Source of the DNA: Pirellula sp.
Lineage (GTDB): Bacteria; Planctomycetota; Planctomycetia; Pirellulales; Pirellulaceae
DNA: 64,000 nucleotides
Direction: 5' to 3'
Assembly: GCA_046344995.1 (NCBI GenBank)
Contig: JBKDKR010000092.1
Span: 27,396 to 91,395 of the forward strand
The position numbers and the translations under genes are program-made. Below, in pieces: positions 48,134-58,200 of the stretch (its first letter is position 1; each line of letters begins with the position of its first letter). The notes under the pieces were generated by a model, which did no database searches, had not been told where the DNA came from, and saw only the letters and a list, made by a program, of their open reading frames with translations.

Positions 48134-49672
48134 TTAATGAAAGATGTCGCGGTCAAGCATGCGGTAATTGATGGCTTCTTCGATGTGATGAGGCTCAATC
48201 GACTCACTGGATTCCAAATCCGCGATCGTCCTGGCGACTCGCAAGATCTTGTCATGAGCTCGCGCCGATAACCCCATATCGGTCACGGCCGCTCGCATCC
48301 GCTCCCGTTGAATAGACCCTAGTTTGCAATGCTCTCGAATCTCGCGACTACTCATCTTAGCATTGGATCGAGTCGTTGACTTCGCAAACCGCTCGTCTTG
48401 CATCGATCGCGCCACATCGACCTCAGCACGCATCTCCGCACTACTGCGCCCCGGGGGGCCAGCGGACAGTTCGTTAAACGACACAGCTGGCACCTCGATA
48501 TGAATATCAATTCTGTCTAAGAGTGGGCCCGAAATACGGCCCATGTAGCGCTCGATTTGAGGTGCGGTGCAGTTGCATGTTCGGCGCGGGTCTGTCCGAT
48601 AACCGCATGGGCAGGGATTAAGAGCAGCCACCATCATGCACTGTGCGGGAAAAGTCGTACTCCTCATGGCTCTCGAAATGGTGACAACACCATCTTCGAG
48701 AGGTTGTCGCATAACTTCCAGTGTCTTGCGATTGAATTCTGGTAGTTCGTCTAAAAACAAAACCCCATGATTTGCTAACGATACCTCGCCCGGTGCAGGA
48801 GGGCTGCCACCACCGACAAGTCCCGCATCACTTATTGTGTGGTGTGGCGATCTAAAGGGCCGTTGGGCCATGAGCGCTTGGCCGGTTTGCAATCGACCTA
48901 AGGCAGAATAAACACGCGTGGTCTCGATCGACTCCTCTGCGGACAAGACAGGCAGAATAGATGGCAGACGTTTGGCTAACATAGTCTTGCCCGACCCAGG
49001 AGGTCCTAACATGAGGAGATTATGGGAACCTGCGGCTGCGATGGTGAGCGCACGCTTGGCCATATCTTGTCCACGTACGTCGCTAAAGTCGATGTCGTAT
49101 TGCGAGAACGTCGCAAACAACTCATCCAGTCGAGAGGGAACGGGATCGATGTCGAGCTGACCATTTAAGAAGCCGACGGCTTCTTGCAAGGTATGAACAG
49201 GTATGATCTCAAGCGATTCGACAACCGCTGCTTCTTGTGCGTTCACCGCAGGCACAATCATCCCTTTGATGCCAGGCTGCTTAGCGGCAGCCATAGCCAT
49301 TGAGAGGATTCCCTTGACGCTTCGCATGTGCCCTTCGAGGGATAGTTCACCCACGGCAGCGTATTGGCTAAAGCGATTGGCATCGAGCTGATTGGAGACG
49401 GACAGTATACCGAGCGATATAGGCAGGTCAAAGCTGGAGGCTTGCTTTGGGAGCTCAGCGGGTGCTAGGTTTATAACAATCCGATCATGAGGAATCATAA
49501 AGCCAGCGTTGTGCATAGCACGTTCCACACGATGGGTACTTTCTCGGACTGCTTGTTCGGGGAGACCTACCAAGACGGTTTTGGGTAGAGCAGCGGGGGA
49601 GAGGTCAACTTCTACTTCGACCGGTAGAGCTTCGATTCCAAGCAAGGAATAAGTATGGAGCTTGGCCAACAT
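48134..49672 (-). CDS. comM: ComM/YifB Mg-chelatase-like AAA+ helicase
   Basis: INLAPA, GPPGSGKT, FRSPHH, LFLDELPEF, NPCPCG, LLDRID, LSARAHDK. Confidence 0.95.
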   Translation of the reverse strand: MLAKLHTYSLLGIEALPVEVEVDLSPAALPKTVLVGLPEQAVRESTHRVERAMHNAGFMIPHDRIVINLAPAELPKQASSFDLPISLGILSVSNQLDANRFSQYAAVGELSLEGHMRSVKGILSMAMAAAKQPGIKGMIVPAVNAQEAAVVESLEIIPVHTLQEAVGFLNGQLDIDPVPSRLDELFATFSQYDIDFSDVRGQDMAKRALTIAAAGSHNLLMLGPPGSGKTMLAKRLPSILPVLSAEESIETTRVYSALGRLQTGQALMAQRPFRSPHHTISDAGLVGGGSPPAPGEVSLANHGVLFLDELPEFNRKTLEVMRQPLEDGVVTISRAMRSTTFPAQCMMVAALNPCPCGYRTDPRRTCNCTAPQIERYMGRISGPLLDRIDIHIEVPAVSFNELSAGPPGRSSAEMRAEVDVARSMQDERFAKSTTRSNAKMSSREIREHCKLGSIQRERMRAAVTDMGLSARAHDKILRVARTIADLESSESIEPHHIEEAINYRMLDRDIFH

Positions 49673-49932
49673 GGGAGCGTCTCAACGAAAAGGTGCTTAG
49701 CAGCGACAAACAAGTTGCAAAATCAATGGGCCAATAGTTTAACACGACAACGGTGGTCTGTGTTCGATGGGCCTCATAAAATGGGCTTCGCTCCAAAGAA
49801 GCTTTCAAAAGATCGGCAAAAAGATGTGGGGGCAAAAAGATGTAAGAACTCTATTTGCCGATTGTCCTTTTAGTTCTTCAAGTTAGAAGCAAAGATCAAA
49901 TGGGAAGTACTCTTGATCGAGACTTTGAATGT

Positions 49933-50163
49933 TCATCCGATTGATAATGGTAAATCTCGTTCTTCCATACGCCAGGCTGCATAGGCCAAGCATTGGTCAA
50001 TATCCTGATCTTCAAGGTGAGGGTAGGCTTTAAGAATTTCCTCGCGAGATCGACCCGTCGCTAGAAGGCCTAGGATGGTTGACACGGTTATTCGCATACC
50101 GCGAATACACGGTTTGCCACCCATCACAGACGGGTCAAAGGTAATACGATCGATTTGAGCCAT
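49933..50163 (-). CDS. DUF433 family protein (antitoxin-like)
   Basis: RITFDPSVMGGKPCIRGMRI...YPHLE...I...L.YA. Confidence 0.88.
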   Translation of the reverse strand: MAQIDRITFDPSVMGGKPCIRGMRITVSTILGLLATGRSREEILKAYPHLEDQDIDQCLAYAAWRMEERDLPLSIG

Positions 50164-50423
50164 TTTCGAATTTGAATTTCTTGGCACGGTTAATCTGCGG
50201 GCAGTGTCTAACCCCCAGTATAGTTTAGCTAATGATTAAGCTGAAGGGTAAAGACACAGTAGTTTTCTAAGGCTTTGGTATTGCTACGACTACAGGCACC
50301 TCTCCGAGATCCAATTAGTTCCATTTCCCGTCGTACTATCACGGTGACGCAAACGGAAAGATCGAAACGAGTCACACGGGCTAGGTTGGAAGCGGCAACG
50401 CGACTAAGAAAACAGTCTACGTA

Positions 50424-51626
50424 GTGGGGCATGATCAGATTTCACAAACCATCTATCTTCCGGAAGCAGGTGCTGGTGGTAGTTGGGATGAAGGTGAAAC
50501 CAACATGTTCGGCACCGACGGACACGGCAGCGTCCGCGTTCTTTACGATCTCGCAGGGGTCATAGCCCGCGATGACCAGCAGCGAATGCAAGTCTATTTC
50601 TACGACGCCTATGGCAACCTTCTTGCCCTCGGCGGTTCCTCACTAACGTCTAGCACCTTACCCCTCACAACTTACCTCTACAGTGGTGAAGCGTTTGACT
50701 TCCGCATTGGTCAGCAGTACTTGAGAGCACGCTGGTACGACGCCAGAACAGGCCGTTTTGATCGCCTCGATCCATTCGCAGGAAACTCGCAGGATCCTCA
50801 ATCCTTTCACAAATATGGATATGTACATGGCGATCCGATACAAGGTATCGATCCTTCGGGGATGTTCTTCGGCGTAGCTGGTTTAGCTATCGGACTGGGA
50901 GGCGCGTACGCAGGCCGGAAGTACGACTTTAATGCGATGATAACAGGAGGCAACCTAATGTTCTTGTTTACGACTTTCGGCATCGCACCAGCTATGGGAA
51001 TCGCCTTTGCCAATAGCTATTACAACTCGCTTACGGAACCGATTTTCGTTGGGAATCGACCGGATTTTGACTCGAACTCGCCGCGGCATCTCTGGCAGAA
51101 AAACATTGAGGATACGTTAATTGCAAGAGCGCGTGCAAACGGTGGAACGCAGGCAGATGAAATTGCAGCTAGGGAAATTGCCAGAAGATATGTCGACCTC
51201 GTAAGCGATAGAGGCCATCGCTTCCATGGGCTTCAAGGCTCGAATGCACAAATGTTTGGTTATGGGGGGAATTATGGCTGGTTAGAAAATTGGTATTCTG
51301 GCAAGCGTACGGGAGATCAGAAAGACCAGTGTAAGTGCTATGCATGGGCAGATGCAATTCATCGTGAAATCGTCGGTTTAACGCATGGTACCCACTGGAA
51401 GGTTACGCGGTATGTTGATGCGACCAAGTCCTATGATCCTTTTGCATCGCTGTTTGGTTGGTTAACACACAATTTCGTTACAATTGACTTTGCGAAAAAT
51501 GAAAACGAACTAGCCGCAATTCCAGATTTTGTTCTCGACCCATGGGCGACAGGCCGACCGGATATCTATGAAGGCTCAACCTTTAATCGCGCGTGGCCTT
51601 TCGCTTCAGCAACGGACAGACTCTAA
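50424..51626 (+). CDS. Orphan Rhs C-terminal module (core end plus toxin domain)
   Basis: YDAYG, YSGE, QYLRARWYDARTGRF, DPIQGIDPSG; upstream core interrupted by a TAG. Confidence 0.88.
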   Translation: MGHDQISQTIYLPEAGAGGSWDEGETNMFGTDGHGSVRVLYDLAGVIARDDQQRMQVYFYDAYGNLLALGGSSLTSSTLPLTTYLYSGEAFDFRIGQQYLRARWYDARTGRFDRLDPFAGNSQDPQSFHKYGYVHGDPIQGIDPSGMFFGVAGLAIGLGGAYAGRKYDFNAMITGGNLMFLFTTFGIAPAMGIAFANSYYNSLTEPIFVGNRPDFDSNSPRHLWQKNIEDTLIARARANGGTQADEIAAREIARRYVDLVSDRGHRFHGLQGSNAQMFGYGGNYGWLENWYSGKRTGDQKDQCKCYAWADAIHREIVGLTHGTHWKVTRYVDATKSYDPFASLFGWLTHNFVTIDFAKNENELAAIPDFVLDPWATGRPDIYEGSTFNRAWPFASATDRL

Positions 51627-51632
51627 CGCAGT

Positions 51633-52082
51633 TTGAAGTTTAACCAACTTATGATTGATCCCTACATTCCTCCGAAATTTAGAACTCCGTCTCCACGCTT
51701 TACGATCCCATCCCGCGTTTTGTATTGTTATTCGACGTTTGCATTTTGCTTTCTCGTCTTGGCATGGCTCTATCTGCCTTATCTGCGAGCGAACGATGTG
51801 TTGTTAGGTGCTCTATTAATCGCCGCATTTGCTAGTGGTGCTTCAAGGGTATTAATAGGGAACAGAATGGTGTTACCGTCACTCATGGGAATCGTAGCCG
51901 CAGCAGTTTGGGTAAGGCTTCCTTACCAATGGTATGATTTATTAGCACAGTCAACTTCCCTTTACCGTGTTCACCATTTGGTTTTTGATACCGGACTTCT
52001 TGCTTTGCCGATCGAGACTCTTGTGTTCACTTTCATCACTCGTCATTTCTCGCTCTTGAGCGTTGAAAAAAGTGAGCGATAA
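51633..52082 (+). CDS. Membrane protein, candidate cognate immunity
   Basis: 3-4 hydrophobic helices; begins 6 bp after the toxin stop. Confidence 0.6.
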   Translation: MKFNQLMIDPYIPPKFRTPSPRFTIPSRVLYCYSTFAFCFLVLAWLYLPYLRANDVLLGALLIAAFASGASRVLIGNRMVLPSLMGIVAAAVWVRLPYQWYDLLAQSTSLYRVHHLVFDTGLLALPIETLVFTFITRHFSLLSVEKSER

Positions 52083-52225
52083 CAAAAACTGTTACGGGCC
52101 GAATTGTTGCGAATTTTGGCGCGGACCAATTCGACCTCACAAGCCGAGTCGATATTCTTGGGACCAGTGCTTGTTGGCTGTTACGGATCTCATGATGTAC
52201 GCCCCCGACCTCGTCGGTTTTGATC

Positions 52226-52424
52226 CCCTAGGGATTGAAGCTTGTAGCCGGAGGTTGAGCGAATGCGACACCTCCTGTTGAGATGCGCACGGGTTTTGCA
52301 TCCCGGTAGGGATGCCAGCCATGTGTATGTCTCTGCCATCCTTTCTGGATGGGAAGAAGGATTGGGATCGAATCCAGGGGTGTCGCTAGCGCTCAACCCC
52401 TGGCTACAATCTATAAACCCTAGT
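52226..52424. repeat. GTAG-footed REPIN-like inverted pair
   Basis: TGTAGCCGGAGGTTGAGCGAATGCGACACC (52243-52272) versus the reverse complement of 52379-52408; central GCATCCC/GGGATGC hairpin. Confidence 0.8.
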
Positions 52425-52473
52425 GTGAGACAAAGATTAGATTCGCCATAGAACACAAACGCCGAGGTTAGAC

Positions 52474-53037
52474 ATGAGAGTGTTTCGCGTTAGTATCGAC
52501 TACGGAAAGAGCGGCAATGAGCTTGCAGATGAGATCAACGGGTTTGGCTTTTCATTTACGAGTCCGGAGTTGCTCGAAGAGCAATTGTTAAACCATACTG
52601 CTGAAGTCGAATCCAATGGGCGGACTTGCCATTTTCTGCCGTATGGCGCGGTGGACAAATGTATCCATGAAAGTGCTATCAAGCTACTACCGCCACTTGA
52701 TGCTAAACTGGTAAAGATCAATCTAGATGCGATTGAGATGGAGAAATTTCAGCATCCCTTCAATGAGGGAGCTTGGTTTGGTGTCCGTCCGACGCAAATT
52801 GTTGAAATGCATCCGACAGCAAAAGTTACATACTTTACTGGCCCTGGAATCAAGGAGAAGATGTTTCGTAACGTAAAGACTTACGTCTTTGAGGGCAAGA
52901 AACTGGACAAGCTTACTCTGTTCTGGATTGTTTCACATGGGGCGGAATTGTTTGCAACGGATCAGTTCGAAGCTGCCTATCGAAAAGCAGGACTAACAGG
53001 CTTGAAATTTGTTGACACCAACTGCAAGATTGTTTGA
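52474..53037 (+). CDS. Imm11 (DUF1629)-like immunity protein
   Basis: C-terminal LFATDQFEAAYRKAGLTGLKF. Confidence 0.6.
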   Translation: MRVFRVSIDYGKSGNELADEINGFGFSFTSPELLEEQLLNHTAEVESNGRTCHFLPYGAVDKCIHESAIKLLPPLDAKLVKINLDAIEMEKFQHPFNEGAWFGVRPTQIVEMHPTAKVTYFTGPGIKEKMFRNVKTYVFEGKKLDKLTLFWIVSHGAELFATDQFEAAYRKAGLTGLKFVDTNCKIV

Positions 53038-53068
53038 TGCAGGATACGCAAGAGTACGAATAAATGAT

Positions 53069-53448
53069 GGTCCATCCGGGATTACCGTGGGTCAAGGTCT
53101 GGTCCACCGGAGTAGAAAAAGATTCCTGTTTTGAAATTCTCTCTATTGCGAAAGCCGCCTGCTCCTCTCTTGATGGACATGATCTTACTGTTGATGCCTT
53201 CGACCACTGAATTCGTTATCCCGTGAGTACAGTAAGTTACGATGTTATCAATTCGCTTCTTCAAAGTGCGTGCGAGCCTCTTCATCGGTTCACCTGAACA
53301 GCAATCTCTGCGGCATGCACGTTAAGCTTCACTTCCTTGACCGTCCAAGGGGTCTTTATTCCTGGTAAGTGCTGTATAATTCTTTGTCTTCCATGGGGTC
53401 TCCTTTGACCCAAAATCATACCAAACCCACGGTAATCCCGAATGGACC
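53069..53448 (-). mobile_element. Internally deleted ISL3-family element (380 bp)
   Basis: 23-bp terminal IRs with 1 mismatch; transposase N-terminus MEDKELY...PWTV (frameshifted) joined to the C-terminus TNSVVEGINSKI...GFRN. Confidence 0.9.
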
Positions 53449-53927
53449 ATATTCCTCTTGAAGACGACTTGTATTTCCGAGGTGTGGGTAAGCGATTTAG
53501 CGTAAAAGAACTGCAAGAATTGCCGAATTCTAATTTACCCATCGCATATCTTGAATTCCTGTCGAAAAACAATGGTGGTACGCCCAACAAACAGGAATTT
53601 CGCGTACCTATCTGTGGTGTTGCAGTGTTAGTCAACCTACTTTGTGCGGATGTGTTCGGATTTCGTGCTTCAGAAAAGCCCCTTGAACACAGTCTTTCCT
53701 GGTTTGCATATAGGTGCGGGAAGTATGTGCCAGAAGATTGGATGATTATAGGGGTGGTCAACAGAGATGATTTTTTGGTGTTACACAGAAGCGTGGGATC
53801 TATAGGGATTGTCTACTGGGAGCAGGTTATGGAATTGCTGGATAAACCATCGGATTCAGTTGTAGTAATTGTTGCACCCACAATTCTCGCGTTCCTACTA
53901 ATGCTGGAAGAATTTATCGATGAATGA
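53442..53927 (+). CDS. SMI1/KNR4 family immunity protein
   Basis: LP..YLEFL..NNGG.P...VPEDWMIIG...DFLVL...IVYW. Confidence 0.8.
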   Translation: MDHIPLEDDLYFRGVGKRFSVKELQELPNSNLPIAYLEFLSKNNGGTPNKQEFRVPICGVAVLVNLLCADVFGFRASEKPLEHSLSWFAYRCGKYVPEDWMIIGVVNRDDFLVLHRSVGSIGIVYWEQVMELLDKPSDSVVVIVAPTILAFLLMLEEFIDE

Positions 53928-54178
53928 TGTGTTTACGTCCGGATGAGAATCGCATTTTTAGGCCGAATTACTGTCTCTAAAGAATTGCGAGCGTTTGGCA
54001 AAGCGATAATCATCGAATGCGACTTACTCGAAAGTTAATCTCACTCCCGAGTTAGAAATTCGTGGGATTCTTGGGATTTTCAAGCTTTGGGTACCCCCTT
54101 TGATTGCTCGGTGTAAAATAAAAAACGTTCATGGCAGCGTCGTAGGAACATCCGCTCGTCATGTCCTCGGTTTCTCCA

Positions 54179-54422
54179 GACCCAGGAGGTCCTAACATGA
54201 GGAGATTATGGGAGCCAGCGGCGGCGATGGTTAGAGCACGCTTGGCCATGTCTTGTCCACGTACGTCGCTAAAGTCGATGTCGTATTGGGAGAACGAGGC
54301 AAACAACTCATCCAGTCGAGAAGGAACGGGATCAATATCCAGTTGACCATTGAGAAAGCCGACTGCTTCTTGTAACGTATGAACAGGTATGATCTCAAGT
54401 GATTCGACGACCGCTGCTTCTT
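54179..54422 (-). pseudogene. comM: Diverged internal copy of comM (codons about 146-227)
   Basis: 244 bp collinear with 48993-49236; 22 mismatches by manual count, one amino-acid change. Confidence 0.93.
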
Positions 54423-54504
54423 CCATGGACCTGTTTTCGCTCCGCGACGTATCGTTGCTGCGAAGATCAGATTGTGCAGCATCGGAGAGAAGAACACGAA
54501 ACAC
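54423..54504 (-). pseudogene. 5' stub of a ParE/RelE-like toxin fused in frame to the comM copy
   Basis: GTG start overlaps the upstream TAG; FRVLLSDAAQSDL resembles a ParE N-terminus. Confidence 0.6.
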
Positions 54505-54728
54505 TATGTTCCGGTCCGTTTTGCAAAATTCATTTCTTCTTGAAATGCCTTGTCAACCTCATCGAGTGGAGTCACTCGGCCATCGCGTACGTCATCAATA
54601 CCAACACGAATTGCCGCAAGATCCGCAGCCTGCTTGATCGTTTTATTAGCATACTCCTCAACGCTAGAAAAACCGGCTTCGGCAGCCAACTTGATAGCAG
54701 CGGCTTCGTGTACGATATGAACTTGCAT
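54504..54728 (-). CDS. Small ParD-like antitoxin
   Basis: 74 aa; AAIRVGIDDVRDGRVTPLDEV tail typical of ParD/addiction antitoxins. Confidence 0.65.
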   Translation of the reverse strand: MQVHIVHEAAAIKLAAEAGFSSVEEYANKTIKQAADLAAIRVGIDDVRDGRVTPLDEVDKAFQEEMNFAKRTGT

Positions 54729-54966
54729 AGTGAGTAGCTTCCTTTAGAGGTGCGCCGGTCCTTTATTCTGTCACCCGAGGGATTAGTTGTCAAAGTCAGC
54801 TTTTCACTCTTTCGTCGTGCCCAAGCTCTGCCAGACTTTGTATCGATCCTTCGATTCGTGCGAAAGATGCGAGACTCATTTTTCTGCGTTCGATGTTTCT
54901 GCCATATCACGGTTTTTGTTCTTTTTGGACGGCGAGAAAACAATCATAATGCGAATCGGCAGCTCA

Positions 54967-55240
54967 CGATTAGTACCTAGGGGGATTGGCGTTCGGGTTG
55001 CTAATGCTTCGGGGACGTTTACTGGCCATCGATCCCTTTGCTCGCGCAGCGGGCTGGTATTACAAGCCCGAAAGCGCGAGGTGAGGGATTGCCCCGTTCT
55101 AATTCAAGCCTAAATCGCGCGAACCGTTGATGCGATCCTTCGCATGCGATTAGCACCTAGGGGGATCGGCGTTCGGGTTGCTAATGCTTCGGGGACGTTT
55201 ACTGGCCATCGATCCCTTTGCTCGCGCAGCGGGCTGGTAT
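54967..55240. repeat. 94-bp direct repeat with 180-bp period containing REP arms
   Basis: 54967-55060 = 55147-55240 with 2 mismatches; opposite arm TACAAGCCCGAAAGCGCGAGGTGAGGGAT at 55061. Confidence 0.9.
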
Positions 55241-55245
55241 GGGGA

Positions 55246-58200
55246 TCACTTGGCTGCTGCGGTGCCGGTTACATTTCGCAACTCCAACTGCTGATTGTGC
55301 CTTAGCAAGAACGCTACGTTCACTTGGCCAACATGCTGCTGTGCATTTAGCTTTTGTAACGGTTGGGCCTTGTCCACAATTTCTTTTTTGAGCTGCTCCA
55401 AGTCCTTATCCTTGGTGTCGAATGTTCCCAAGTTAGGAACAAAGATCGTACTCTCTTGTGACACAATCACAGGGAACCCGGCAATGGGTGTTCGCGTACC
55501 GGCTTGGATGACCGGTGGTTCCCCACTAGCCAATCCCGAGACAAAGATCGACAGCGTATCCCCCGGCTGAATGAAACGTGCCAGTCTCTCCTGATCTTGC
55601 TCATAAAGCTTGTAAGGGCGGTCGGCCAATTCGTTAGCGTCCATTCCGAGTAGTGTACCCGTTTGCACGTAGATTAAATGGTTGACCAATGCTGGGATCT
55701 GCTTGACGGTTGGCGTAGTGTTGACCTGCACTCTTGATAGTTTAAACAACGACGCCAAAACATTGCAATTGATAAGATCGCGTCCCATCAATTCTGATTT
55801 CTCATGCAACGCTTGAATTGCAGTCTGGCATGACAGAGAGGGTACGAATAACTCATCAGCCTTGAGTCGTAACAAATAGCTATTTGCGAGTCCGATCTCG
55901 CAAACACCTAACTCGTCAACCATTGAGGGAAAAACGCCTCGAAAAAAGCGTTGAAATAGACCGTCGAGAGAATCACTCAGCAACGATAACTCTGCCAGCC
56001 TCCGATTGGCGACTACCTCAAAGGCATCATCAACGGGAGTCATTACGAGACATTCTTCCGGATTCTTGGCCCATTGCTCCAGCTTCGACTCAATACTCTT
56101 TCGTAACTCGTCTCGAACTGCTGGTGCTAACCGGCTGGTATCTTCATAGCTATGCAAGACGATTATCCATGCGTGACAACGTAACTTGTCACTGTACTCG
56201 TCTTTAGCGGCCAAGACTTGTATCGCTTTGCGGAGAACAGCCAGACGCATTGGCTCGCAGTACGAAATACTTCGGAAATGGGACTCATGGAGCTTTGGAT
56301 TGTAAAGAGGCGACTTGAGCCAAAAGTCCTCGGCTCCTAATCCCGAATAGGACTCGAGCCGATCCGCGATGAGTTGCTGGCACTCCACGCTGACGTTCTT
56401 TTGCTCGAAGACGAGTCGTGCGAGAAAGTCTACTATCGCTTCCGAATCCGGGTTTGACATTATGGATGCTTGATCTCGCAATTTCTCGTCACACCATTTG
56501 AGCAGCACCTCCATGGCACCAGGATCATCGCATCGAAAATCTTCCAATCTAGAGAAGTCTCTATACAAAAGAGCTAAACGAGCTTCTTTGTCGAGTCCCT
56601 CTGCCACCCTCGCTAAACTAGCGGGAAATTGGTTTCCATTGACATGACTCAATAAGCTGATATGCAAATGGCCGATAACCGCTTTGAGATAGTCAGCGCT
56701 CCCTTTTTCGATGAGTGTGCTTTCCAGTAATTCGGAAATCTGCAAGTCTTTGTTGTTGTTGTAAAATGCTTTTAACCTATTTAGGCCATCGGAATCTTCG
56801 GCTCTGATCTTTTTCGCATATTCAGCAACCTGGTAATCCCAATCGGGTTTTTTCATAGTCGCGAAACGGGCAAAGATTGCTGCATTGTCTTGACCTAGTG
56901 TCGCTGCCACTTGACCGTAGACCAACTGACGTAGCAAAAGCTGATTAAACTCAGTCGGCGCGTCGACAGCGATCGCTAGCCAATCATAATTTGGTGCCCG
57001 GGTGGTCAATTCGAAAAGCGTCTTACCGAAAAGTCGCGTTGCATCCAACTCTTCGAGCAACCTCAGCAACTGCGGCTTCATCTGCTCCTGTAACTTGGCA
57101 GAGTCAATTAGATTAAGAGCCAAAATCGTGCTATCAACACGTACATTTCGCTCCTTGTGTCCGTTGGATTTGGTATGAAAAAAGGGACCAGTGGAAGCCA
57201 GAAAACCTGTGCTCCATTTGGGCAAAAAACAATCCTCGGAAAACGAGAATACATCAACCACTGGCAGAGTCGAGGCTGGAACGCCTAGCAATGGGCTAAG
57301 ACTTTCAACAAGCTTCGCCGTTTCCTCTTGCGATAGCATGTACCCGTCCTCGATCAGCTTTCTCATCATCAGGAGCGCGAGAGCAATTTCTTCCTTCGAG
57401 GTTTCGGCATCAGAGAGACTCGCTAGGACTCGTCGAACGGTTTCGCTCGCGAGCACCTCGCCGAAAGACTCGGCGTTTCCACCGAGTGGGCTTGTCGTAC
57501 GAAACCAGAAACTCTCGTTGTTTAACTCTTTGCAACGGCCGAGAATCTCGACCACCTTCTCTTGAAACTCTTTCGGTATCGGGCTTTGCCCAGAGACGCA
57601 TGCAAGACTGCGCAATGTAAAGGCTACATCAAGTCTTTGATCTAGGCCTGCGGATTGGACGGATCGTTCAAGATAAGGATAAAGCCTCTCAAATGGCTGT
57701 TTAGCACCTGATGTGGAAAAATACATCACGCTTGATAACGAACGTAGAGTGTCAGATGTGTTTACAATTACCGGATTGCGATCGAGAAAATCGGCCAAAC
57801 GTTCAACATATCTATCCGGATTGCAGTGATAAAGAATGTAAACCGATAATCGGAAAAACGAAGGCTTTCGTAGAATCAAATCCGTGATGGGTACAGAAAT
57901 CAGATCATCTACAGATGGTTCAGCAATCTGGCTCAGTGCTGTGATCGCTTTCTCAAGTTCCGAAACGCTACGTTCGTAACGAATTATCTCTAGCCACTCG
58001 CGCAAAGACTTTCCTTCATAGACGATTCCCGTGAGACGGGGATCAGATGACGTTTCCTTTACCGTATCAACCGTTGGCGATGTCACTTCGTTTTTGGAGT
58101 CTTTCTTTGTCACGGTCGCGACAATCACCTCGCCATTTTTAATGGAGAACGATCCGTTATGAACCACAAACGAATCGCTAGCTCCCTCTAGCACAATCTC

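Noticed and set aside
49815-49843. GGCAAAAAGATGT tandem pair (a similar tract lies near 54890)
   Set aside because: Two short copies only; cannot assign a function from this window
49880-49936. Short ORF overlapping the DUF433 stop as a DUF5615/PIN toxin relic
   Set aside because: Only 17 codons (MNIQSLDQEYFPFDLCF) with no convincing similarity
54967-55240. 94-bp direct repeat as CRISPR or an att site
   Set aside because: Only two units, too long, and built from REP arms
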